Of a DNA stretch of 51,167 bases, positions 1 through 11,600 are shown one piece after another. The position numbers and the translations under genes were made by a program. Each line of letters starts with the position of its first letter. The first letter of the stretch is position 1. The notes under the pieces are model-generated. The model was not told where the DNA came from and ran no database searches. It saw only the letters and a program-made list of their open reading frames with translations. This DNA is from Octopus bimaculoides (taxonomy: Eukaryota): positions 80,754,630 to 80,805,796 of the forward strand of contig NC_068991.1 of the NCBI RefSeq assembly GCF_001194135.2, read 5' to 3'.

Positions 1-285
1 GGGCTCTATACCCCTTTCTTATTTTTTCTGACCAGGCTCCCGTGGTTTTATGGGTTTTTCCACGTGTAACCTTTCCTTTTTCGAAGCGCCTCCCCCTTTG
101 GGAGTTCTACTTATTTATTTATCTATTTATTTATCTATTTATTTATTATATCTTTCTCCGTTTTCTTCCTCTGTTTAGACAAACTTTCCTACCTTTTCGG
201 ACAAAACCTTTTGTAACCTTCGTCCTGTCTTTGTCCTTACATGTTTTTAATTGATATTAGCCCTTGTGGCCAATAAAACGAATTA

Positions 286-327
<42 letters not shown>

Positions 328-328
328 T
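1..328 (+). mobile_element. 3' end of a non-LTR retrotransposon with AATAAA and a (TTA)n tail
   Basis: T-rich UTR ending TAGCCCTTGTGGCCAATAAAACGAATT followed directly by (ATT)n. No coding part is visible. Confidence 0.45.
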
Positions 329-814
329 GTAATGTACTGCTAGACAACTTTACATATTACATGCATTCACTTTATAGTATTCAAACTGGCATATCCAACC
401 CAAATATTCTACCTGTTTTGTGTTCAAACTGGTCAGATCTGGCCTCTCATACCTACTTGACAATGTCATTCTAAAAATAAACAATCCCATTCCTGAAATT
501 TCAAAGCAACAAGATAATCTATGATTAATTCAAAACAATGTGAATAGATAAGCATTACATTCAACAGAATAAGCTGAATGCTAAACGGTTGATGCCCTAA
601 AAAGATTTTTTTTCTTTTCCTGGATAATGTCTGCTGAAATTGGGTTGCATCTTTCATGTCCAGGTGTCTCTTATGCCATCAAATACAATCATATTAATTC
701 CAAAATAATTTTCTTAAGATTTCACTTGATTTTCCTTTTTTTTTTTTGTCTTTGTTTTTCAGCTTTCCATTAATTTATATTAAGTGTAACAGAAAAGTTT
801 GATCAAGATTAAAG

Positions 815-864
815 ATGGAAGAAACGGAGTCTTTAATCAACCAAGACTACATACCTATTGACAA
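815..864 (+). CDS. SLC29A3: ENT exon 1 (MEETESLINQDYIPIDK)
   Basis: ATG at 815 with an in-frame upstream TGA at 800-802. Donor GTAAGT at 865. An acceptor AG at 791-792 suggests an upstream 5' UTR exon outside the window. Confidence 0.8.
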
Positions 865-3002
865 GTAAGTAGAAAAATAATTCCTTTCTGTCGTTAATCA
901 TTTAACTAATTAACCTATCAAGTGTTTCTTTAATTATTCAGCCATTCATTCAATCAGCTAAGTTCTTCCATCATTTGAAACCTCATCAGTGTTGCCCTCA
1001 GGATTCTGATGAACTGAACTGATTGATTGATCAACCGCACAATTAATCCAACAGTCAATTAGTTAATTACTTAAATGATTAACTAGTTGACTAATAACAA
1101 CTGTTTCAAATAACTGTTTGAAGGGCATCAATTTTAGGGGAAAGAGATAGTTGATCACATTGATCCCCAGTGCACAGCTGGTACTTATTTTACAGACCTG
1201 GATGAAAGTAAAATTTAAACTCAGAACATAAATCTAAATGAAACACCATTAAACATTTTGTCTGGCATTTTAATAATTGTGTCTGCTTGCCGCCTTCAGG
1301 TGACTAATCATAAAACAGGAAGTGAAACAGAACTAGTTCATGTGCTACTTATTAAGGATAATGATCCTTCAAAACAGGACCCCTTATCTTGGTTTGATTA
1401 ATATTTATATAGGCACAAAGGGAAAGCTTGCTTTCTCTTCACATGGTCCCAGGTTCAGTTCTGCTGCTTGCCACTTTGGGTAGGGGTCTCCTGTTCTAGC
1501 CCAGTGCCAATTAAAAAGTTGTGAGCCAGTTTCATTGAAAGAAGCCCATCATGTGTGTGTGTATATACACACATATATATATATATACATAAATATGGGT
1601 ATGTGTGCACACACACACACACTTGGAAAATTTCATTATGTATATTTCAACAATCTTTTACTGATGAAAAAATATCCAGATATAAACCAATTGAAAATAC
1701 TGCATGGAAATAGCAATGAATCTGTTCCAACAAAGCAGAAATTATTACAGAAATAATAAATAAATCTTTTTTTCACTATTTGTCAATTTAAATGTTGGTT
1801 GGTTGGTTGGTTGGTTTGGTTTCTTTAGTCCCACTTTCTGCCATAATCGAAAGAGAAAGATCATCTGTGTGTGTGCATAACTGTGCATATGCATGTGCAA
1901 CTCTGTGTGTATGTGATTGTGTTTCTCTCTACCAAATCCACTCACAAAGCTTTGGTTGGTTTGGGTCTATAGTAGAAGACACTTGTCCAAGGTGCCATGC
2001 AGAGGGACTGACTGAACCTAGAACCATCTGGATGGAAAGCAAATTACCACACAATCACACACACACACACACAGAGAATTGCACATGCAAATGGAAGCAG
2101 AGAAAAAGTGGATGTGAAAACAATGATGACTCCATTGCAAATCTTTTGGTTTTGTTCCTGAAATCTGTCCCGGTTAGTTATATAAATCTGAGCAAACTTG
2201 GTTTATACTCAATAACACCAATTAATAATTAGGTCATTACAAATTTATTTTTAATTACTTTTCCCAGTATACAATCATTAATAATAGCTAATGTAACGAG
2301 GTTAATTATATGGGTGGGTGTTGTTTAGCCTCAGTTTAAGCTTTATCTCATAGATCTGTGATCAAAGACATTCCGACTGTGACCATCCTCTATTGTTTCT
2401 TATGCAAGAAAACTCAGGACCTGATTGTCTAATGTGGTGATTTAAAGGAAGTTTGACTGCTATTTCTAACAGATTAAGTACCTTTCTTTCATTGGACACT
2501 AAACTCTGCTTGCGAAGACCTGTTGAGGCAAGTGAAATTGAAATCAAATTCGATGACAGCACCGCATGACTGGCATCCGTGCTAGTGGAACGCTAAGAGC
2601 ACCATCTGAGCATCATCGTCACCTGGGCTGCTGACTGGCCCCCATGCCGGTGACATGTAGAAAGCACTGCCTTACTGGCACTTGTGCTGCTGGTGTGTGG
2701 AAAACATTCGAGCGAGGGCATTGCCAGTGCCACTGGACTGACTCCTGTGCAGGTGGCACGTAAAAAACACCATTTGAGCATGGCCGTTGCCAGTACTGTG
2801 TGACTGGCCCTCGTGCCGGTGGCATGTAAAAGCACCCACTACACTCTTGGAGTGGTTGGCGTTAGCAAGGGCATCCAACTATAGAAACTCTGCCAGATCA
2901 GATTGGAGCCTGGTGCAGCCATCTGGCTCACCAGTCCCCAGTCAAACCATCCAACCCATGCCAGCATGGAAGGCGGATGCTAAACAAGGATGATGATGAT
3001 GA

Positions 3003-3045
<43 letters not shown>

Positions 3046-4348
3046 GCACACACACACACGCACAGCCACTGCTTGACAACCAGGGTTGGTTTTATTTGTG
3101 TCCCTGTAACTTAGCAGTTTGGTAAAAGAGACTGAAATAAGTCCTAGTATCAATTCATTCGACTAAATATTCTTCAAAGCAGTGTTGCCCCAGCATGGCC
3201 GCAGTCTGAAACAAGTAAAAGAATAAAAGAAAGAGCAGAAACTAGTGACCAGAAGCTTGTTGTATCTATGTGGGTATTGTCATCATCACCACCACCATTT
3301 TAAGTGCTTTTTTCCATGCAGTCATGGATTGGGCAGGTTGTCATGTTCCAAGTCATTTCTATCCAAATATTCTTTTATATTCACCTTCTTGTAACTTGAA
3401 GGCTCACACACACTGACAACACCTTGTCACCACCATCTCTTTTCTCTCTTTCTATCTCCGGGTAATCCTGCATCTCCTTTTCAGCATCCTACCTGTTTGT
3501 GTCTCCCTGCAACACTTGACATTAAAGTCGTTTCCCTCAATGCTACATGACCACTTGGTTGAGGCGGTGGTGGGGGGTCTTGTGAGTTATTTGGTAACAT
3601 TGCTCTTGTTGTGGTTGGCATTAAGAAGGACATCCAGCCATAGTAGAAACCAGAAGCAAACATTACAGCTCCACGCAGTCCTCTCTGACTTGGTCAGATC
3701 TTGTGAAACTCTCCATTCCAGACATGTTTCTGTTTTTTGATGGCTTAGTTCCAGTTATTCCACAATATAATTATATTTTTATCCTTTGATAAACAGAAAT
3801 TTACCAAAATGCCCCACAAGCATTAGATGTGGGCAGCCTTCAACATTTTCTATCCCAAAGGTTTTTTTAAACCCAACATTTATTTACTGGCTATAGTTTA
3901 TAGCTCTCTCTGCTTGGAGTTCTACAGTTAAAAACAAATTATTACATAAATATATGTCTAAAGGCAAAAATTCAAAAATATGAACAGATTGTTTTTCTAT
4001 ATATGTGGGTTCAAATGTGTATTTCTACTTGTGCAAGTGTATGTTTATGTTTGTGAGGTTTTTTTTTTTTTTGTATTATATTGTTTTCTCTGTCTCTCAT
4101 ATTAATCTGATATTTGCTTTTTTTTATTATCTTTTTCAGATATCATTTGGTTTATATAATAACTTATTTGTTAGGGGTTACCACTCTCTTGCCATGGAAC
4201 TTTTTTATCACAGGAGAAAAGGTTTGTTTATTTGTTTGTTGTTGCTATTGTTACTGTTGTTGCCAGGATTTCATACTTGATACTTAGCTTCATATAATCT
4301 CTTGGGTGTGTTTTTAATTAATGGTGGGTGAGTGAGTGAGTGTATGTA

Positions 4349-4380
<32 letters not shown>

Positions 4381-6085
4381 CGTGGGCGTGTGTGTGTGGA
4401 TGTACGCATGCATGTGCATAGCAGTGTTCCAACTCAAATTCAGTAATGTAAGCTAATGAAAAACTCATTAATTATATTAAGTATTCCTGTAATACTGTAA
4501 TTACTGAGTCTAGATAATTCAGGAACATGACCATGTGCATCTCTGTACTTATTGACATTGTAAAAAACCATTAGTTCCTTTTTGTCTGTTAATCCTGACT
4601 GCTTGTCCACTTAGTTGTATATTTAACCCTTTTTTTTTTATCAATGTACCTGATATCACATCCAGTTCTATCAGACAAACTTCCTGGTTAAAGTAAATTT
4701 AAACTTCTTCAACCACCAGCTTTAATAATCCTTTCTATTCGGTCATCCCATAAATAATGTGGTTTTTTTATACTTCTTTTATTTTTGAAAATTAAGATAA
4801 AGTTCTTTTTTAATGTAAAATATTCTCTCCTTCATTTTCTACAATGTTCTTCCATCTTTCTGGTAGACTTGCAAGACCCCTCTTCCAAAATTCACTTGTC
4901 TGTGACAAAAAATATTCCTTCAATACTGTTCCGACCTTGTCTACAGAATTCATATTTTTTCCATCCAAATGATTTGGAAGACTGCAGAATAAATGATAAT
5001 CAGATGGGGCAATGTCTGGCAAATATGGTGGGTTTCGGCTTCATTTCCCATTCAAACTGTTCCAGGCAGTTTGGGTTTAGCAATCTTAAAAGAAAACCAA
5101 ACTAAGAAAAGAGCAAACCTTACTAACCTATTCATCCTGAAGAGAGCTTAGAGACACAATGAACGGGTTGTGTCTGAGGTCCCTAACCGTTAACTGTGGG
5201 GTTGAGAATATGGGATCATTTATACTGTTAGAGTAAATATTTTTTCTGCTAACCTCCTCAGCAGGAGAGTGCATATGTGCTAGCTGTATTTTTTGTCTTT
5301 CAGGTAGATTGAGGACAGCTAGAAACTGCATTTTATTTTTAAGGGTTTGGTCTGGAGGAAATGGTTGTATTCATGGCTTCTGCAGGCTCCTTAACCCTTT
5401 TGTTACTATATCTCTGTTGAGATGCTCTGTGTTTCTTTCAATTAATTTTGAATGTAACAAAGAATTTAGTAAAATAACTTTGTTATCATTAAGCTAGTGT
5501 TAGGAACATAAATTGTGACTAAGGTTTGGTGGAAGATTTTAATTCAGAACTTATGAAAACAAGACATTTAGTACTCCAGAGCCAGAGGCAGTTTCAGGCA
5601 GGTGGGTATCAAAAGGGTTAAGCAAAGCTTAACAGCTTCAGGAAAAAAAGGGGCAGGGGATGGATTCCAGAGGGGTGGTTTTGGAATGTAAAGAGTGTGT
5701 TTTGACTGAAAGAATTGATACACTCATCATCATCGTTGTTTAATGTCCACCTTCCATGCTGGCATGGGTAGGACGTTTGAATGCTTGGTCATGTACTCAG
5801 TAAGAGGTACTGAGTTTCATATAATCAATGGCCAAACATGTTGTGTGAGTACAGTTGTATGGTTGTGTGTTTTTTAGAAGTTTATTTCACAGCTACAAGA
5901 TGCAGCAGAAAAATCTCCTTGTTTCACCATTCTTAATAAACTTTACAACAGCAAACATACAGTGGGCACCAGTCCCAACCATGTTTGTATGAGTAAATAA
6001 TAAACGGTAAAATAGTAGCTCACCAGTCCTCAGTCAAATCGTCCAACCCATGCTAGCATGGAAAGCGGACGTTAAATGATGATGA

Positions 6086-6146
<61 letters not shown>

Positions 6147-8569
6147 CATTATTACAAGGGTTTATCTTAAAATGTGCTTTTAAGATAAATTCTTATAAAT
6201 TGCCCGATTTATTTTTGCCTTAACAATGGCAACTTTTTAACAATTCTTTTTCTCTTTGTATTTTGCAGTATTTTCACTTCAAGTTAAGAAACACGACACT
6301 GCCCAGCAATACATCATATGTTACACCATTGCAACACTACTTTGAAAGTTCCCTTGCAGTTTCAGCAACAATCGCAAATGTCCTTTGTAATATAATTGTA
6401 GTAATAATTGTTAAACGGTAAGTTTATATCAGAACCATTTATAATATCTCTGGCACCAAGATTGCTACTAGTCATGATAATTTGACTATACTTTACCCAA
6501 AGTTTGTTATCATGTACCTGACAACTATATTTAACCTTTTTTAGTGCAGAAATCAAACAAATCTTCTCAAACTTTCATTACCCTTCACTGCAAAAAGCAG
6601 TTCTATACACCAATCTATCTTTTGTTGAGGAATGTTATTTTTGAAACTATTTCCTGTTGAGATATGTCAAGTTTATTGAGGCAATGTGACTTGCAGAAAA
6701 TACCAGTGTTATGTTTTACTAAATACTTAACATCATTATTGAAATAACTATAAATTTTAATTTTGCAGTTAAAAGATTCTCTTTCAATACCTATTTACCT
6801 GAGACTGCTCTTGAATTTTCAAATTTTTTTGTTTAAAAGTGATCTAAGTTAAACCCTTTCATCAAAATTTCTTGTTGTTTCAAATACCATCTTTAATCCA
6901 ATAATGGATTAAAAGCAACAGCTGTCTACAAGGGCTAATGCGCTCAAGAAGTTAACTGCCATTAATCTTAATCTATAAATTGAGTTCAAACCTCCTCATT
7001 AATACTTTTGAGTCTAGCATTGCTGGTCTTCTTAGCAGCTCCTGCAACTAGTTGTTCTCTCTCAGAAGAGAACTTCCTTGAAAAGTGAGAGGACCACCCA
7101 AGTGGGCTTAAATAAAGTCATAGTTGACTGTATTCAGAAAAAAACAGACAGGTGCCATTTTGTCCCTAAGTTTAGGGGCACATCAAAGAGACTTCAAAAT
7201 GACTGTTGTTTCCCAGCCACTTCTAGGTTGATTTATGTGAATTTCAAATCACCAATACTTGACAGGTATGTAATTATATTGTTTCCAGAAGAATAAAAGA
7301 CAAAGTTAATCTCAGTAGGATTCGAACTCAGAATATAAAGACTGCAAATATTTTGTCTGAAACTCTAAAGTTTCTGTCAATCCACCATATTGTTCTTGTT
7401 GTTGTAGCAGTGGTGGTGAAGCTAATAATCACGATGATCATCATCATCATCATCATCATCATCGTCATGGTGATAATAATGATCATGATGGTGGCAGTGG
7501 GGATAACAATAATAAACTATTTTCTTTTCTTCTCTTCTTTCTCAGAGTTGGCATGAAAACCCGCTTTATTACCTCATTCGTATCAATAATACTACTGCTT
7601 GGGTTGACTGTAAGTTTTGTGAAGGTCAATACAAACTCTTGTAAGTATCACTAAATTTTTATTTATAAAAAAAAAAGAAGCTTCTAATGTTTTTTCTCTC
7701 TCCTACATCCTACAGCTTGTGTGGTTAAAAGGTTTGTCCCTCAATCACATGGCTTTGGATTTTAGCTTCAACACCATTATACAACACACAGAGCAAGTAT
7801 TTTATTTTATAGCCTCAAGTTGACCTGTACCTCATTAGTAAAATTTGGTTGGGGCAAATTGTACAGAAACCCATCACACACACACACACACACACCCTCT
7901 TTTCTAAAATGTGACTCCTTTACAGCAATAAAACATGTTCTGCTCTTCCCCCTTTTTTCATCTATTTATCCCTCATCTCCTAGCATAAAGCTTCCCAGTC
8001 AGGGGTCATAGTCTTGCAAGTTGCATGATGACATCATTAGGGCTGGTGGCATGGAAAAAGCTCTCAGTACATACTGTGAAGTGATTGGCATTAGGAACAC
8101 CCGCAATAATCATGCCAAAGCAGACAATGGAGCCTGATGCCATCCTTGGGCCCATTAGGTCCTGTCAAACTTCCTAGCCCATGCCAGCATGGGAGATGGC
8201 CATTAAATGATGATTTTATATATAAAAAATATATGTGTGTATATGAGGTGCAAGTGTGGCTGTATAGTTAAGAAGTTTGCTTCTTTCTGCCTCCATCTGA
8301 TTCATCATGCAAGAATAGAAGGGGGGGGTTCATTAAAATGATGATGTGGTCCAGTCTCACTGCATAGAACCTTGGGGCAAGTGTCTTCTACTATAACTTG
8401 AGACTGATTAAAGCTTTGTGAGTGGAACTGGTAGAAGGAAACAGAAAGAAGCCCATCTACTATATGTAGATGGGCTTCTTTCTGTGTGTGTGTGTGTGTG
8501 TGTATAGGGAAAATTATAGCTTTATTAGCAGAGATACCTGACGTTGCTCAGGATTAAAATGGTATAGCT

Positions 8570-8614
<45 letters not shown>

Positions 8615-11600
8615 CAGTTATGCTGAAACAGGTGATACAAAAAGGTGCAGCATTGACGACAAAACATTTGTGGAGGAAATGCTAAAGCTTTGCATAAACA
8701 ACAATTTGAGTTTAACACACCAATTTGGACAGAATTATCATTTTTTTAAAGAATAGGATGGATCATATCTGAAAGCATTCCAGATGTTGTAAAAAACAAA
8801 TTTGTACGCGGTCCGTTTTGGAGAGCTATTCTATTGGACCACTGTGTAATCTAGCATGCTAAAGGATTTCTAAATGATTCAGCATTAAGTGCTGCAGCAT
8901 GTCTTTGCTGATCTTGAGAAAGCGTCATCTCCCTTCTGTCTTGGGACTCCATCAGATGTGCTGCAGTTGAAAACTAGAAATACATATTACGGCACCAATG
9001 CCAACGTCGTCTCCTTCATTGGACACTAAACTCTGCTTGCGAAGACCTGTTGGGGCAAGAGAAATCGAAATCGTAATTGAATCAAATTCGATGACTGGCA
9101 CCTGTGCCAGTGGAGCACTAACAGCACTGTCTGAACGTGATCATTGCCAGAGCAGCTGTCTGGCTTCCGTGCCTGTGACCCGTAAATAGCACCATTTGAG
9201 TGTGATCGTTACCAGTGTCGCTTTACTGGTACTTGTGCTGGTGGCACGTTAGAAAATCATTCGAGTGAGGTCGTTGCCAGTGCCACCGGACTGGCTCGTG
9301 TGCAGGTGGCACATAAAAAACACCATCTTGAGCGTGGCCATTGTCAGTACCGTGTGATTGGCCCTCGTGCCGGTGGCACGTAAAAGCACCCACTACACTC
9401 TCTGTGCTCTTGATCCTGAGCACTTCTCTTCCAGTTCTCAGGGTCAATATCTCATTTTTTGAAGTTGACTTTCAGGACATTTTTGAATCCTTTCTTTTGC
9501 CCTCCACTTCTTTGTTTTCCTTCTTTTGGCTGGAAGTAGAGAAGCTGCCTTTAGTGGGCAATCGTTGTCCATCCAGACAACATGACCAATCCATCTCAGC
9601 TCTTTCTGGACGATGATAGCTTCAATGGAAGTTATGTTGGCTTCTTCTAACACACTGATTTTTGTTCTTCTTTCTTCCCGCTTTATGTTCAGATTACTTT
9701 CAGGGCAGCATTGGTGGTACTTTTTGAGGGCTTTGAGATTTTGTTTTGGGATCTTAAGCAGGCAAGATTGAAAAACTTGCTATTAGTTTAATAAATAATT
9801 TCAATTCCTGATGGGATATTACCCTTCATCATTTCATTGATGGTGCCAATGAGGATAGTGAAAAGTGTGGGAGCTATGATGCAGCCTTGTTTTACTTCTC
9901 TTCTTATAAACATTGATACAAAAACTGAAAACTGGTTCTTTATGAAAAAGCCCTGTGAGTTATTTGTTCTGTGTGAAATTGCAGACACTTCCTTATCATT
10001 CTTGCCATTAGATATGCATTAAAACTTGTTTTGAATATTTTCTATTGCAGATCAAACTGCATTCTTCGTCATCGTTCTCTTGACAATAATATTTCTAAGT
10101 GGTGAGTATTTTTTTGTTATCTCATGTTTGTTTATCTGTGGGAAAACGAGCTAGCTTTATACCATCATCATCATCATCACCACCACCTTAATCATTTAGC
10201 ATCTGTATTCCATGCTGGTATAGATTGGATGGTTTGACAGAATCCAACCATCCAAACGACTGTGTCAAACTCCTTTTGTCTGTTTTGGTATTGTTTCTAT
10301 GGTTGGATGCGCTTCCCAATCACAGCCATCTTACAGAGTGAGTGGGTGTTTTCTCGTATCACCAACAGTAATGCAGTTGCCAAGTAGCTTTTGTAAGACA
10401 TGACTTCTTGGTTGAGGGAGATGGCTTTATGCCAGGTGTTGAAAGGCAGGTGGATAACAGAGGCCCAATTGGGAAAGGAGAGAAGAAGCTAGTAATGAGA
10501 TGCCAGAACATACCGTCAAGGTACAGAAAGGTGAATGTGATGGGGATGGCGATAGAAGAACAAGTGAAGGGTATAGGGACAGGGGATGAGGTAAGTTTGT
10601 ATGAATGTGAGGTGAGCATCAGTTGAGTGGAAGTAGGGCAGAAATCAAAGGTATGTAAGAGTGAAAAATGTGTATGTATATATATATATCATCATCATCA
10701 TCATCATCGTTTAACATCCACTTTCCATGCTGGCATGGGTTGGACGGTTTGACTGAGACCTGGCAAACCTGGAAGCTGCACCAGGCTCCAATCTAATCTG
10801 GCAAGGTTTCTATAGCTGGATGTAGAAACCTTGCTACTATACTCCAAGAGTGTAGTGAGTACTTTTAATGTGCCACCAGCACGAGAGCTAGTCAGATGGC
10901 ACTGGCATCAACCATGCTTAAATGGTGCTTTTTACATGCCACTGACATTGGAGCATCGACCATGCTTGAATGATGGTTTCTATGTACCACTGGTACAGGT
11001 GCCAGTCAGGCACAACTGACATTGGCTACAACTACAATTTCGCTTGACTCAACAATTGAAGGGTAGTTTTAAACTGGCTGATTATTATTATTATCAATAA
11101 TATTAATACGCTAACTTTTTGTTTTTGTACGAACCTGTTGTGTGCGTCGCATTTCCTTCAAAGTGGCAAAGCGAGGAGGACAGAAAGGAAGTAAGAGAGG
11201 GAGAGAGAGTGAAAGAGACAGTGAGTGGTGACGGCGTTTGTTTTATGTTTTTAAATGTTTCAGAGAAGACACAAGTGAGAGAGGAAGAGAAAAAGTGAGA
11301 GAGAGAGTGAAAGACACACTGTGTGGTGTTCGTTTTGTGTTTTTAAATATTAATCACATTGCAAGAGAGGTAGATACATAGATACACATTATTAAATCAA
11401 AAGCAGGAGAGAAGAGGGACACAAAGGAAGAGAAAGAGACAATAGATACATAAATCCAAAAGTTCATAGATAGACACAGCAAATATTGGATGTTAATTTC
11501 ACTCTTCGTTAACCGCACGAGCATAAAATTAACTCACAATAACGAAGAGGAGGTTCAGAACTATCCATTTGCATTCATAAACCCACTCACTCCATCCGGT

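Noticed and set aside
975-1015. GAAAC...CTGATGA hammerhead-like words
   Set aside because: Stems I and II cannot be formed. Other CTGATGA hits (about 1661, 16788, 45033) also lack the GAAA and stem context.
2580-2840. 66-bp repeat arrays with palindromes resembling CRISPR arrays or attC cassettes
   Set aside because: There are no unique spacers and no cas or integrase genes. The units are contiguous and lie in the 3' UTR of a eukaryotic LINE.
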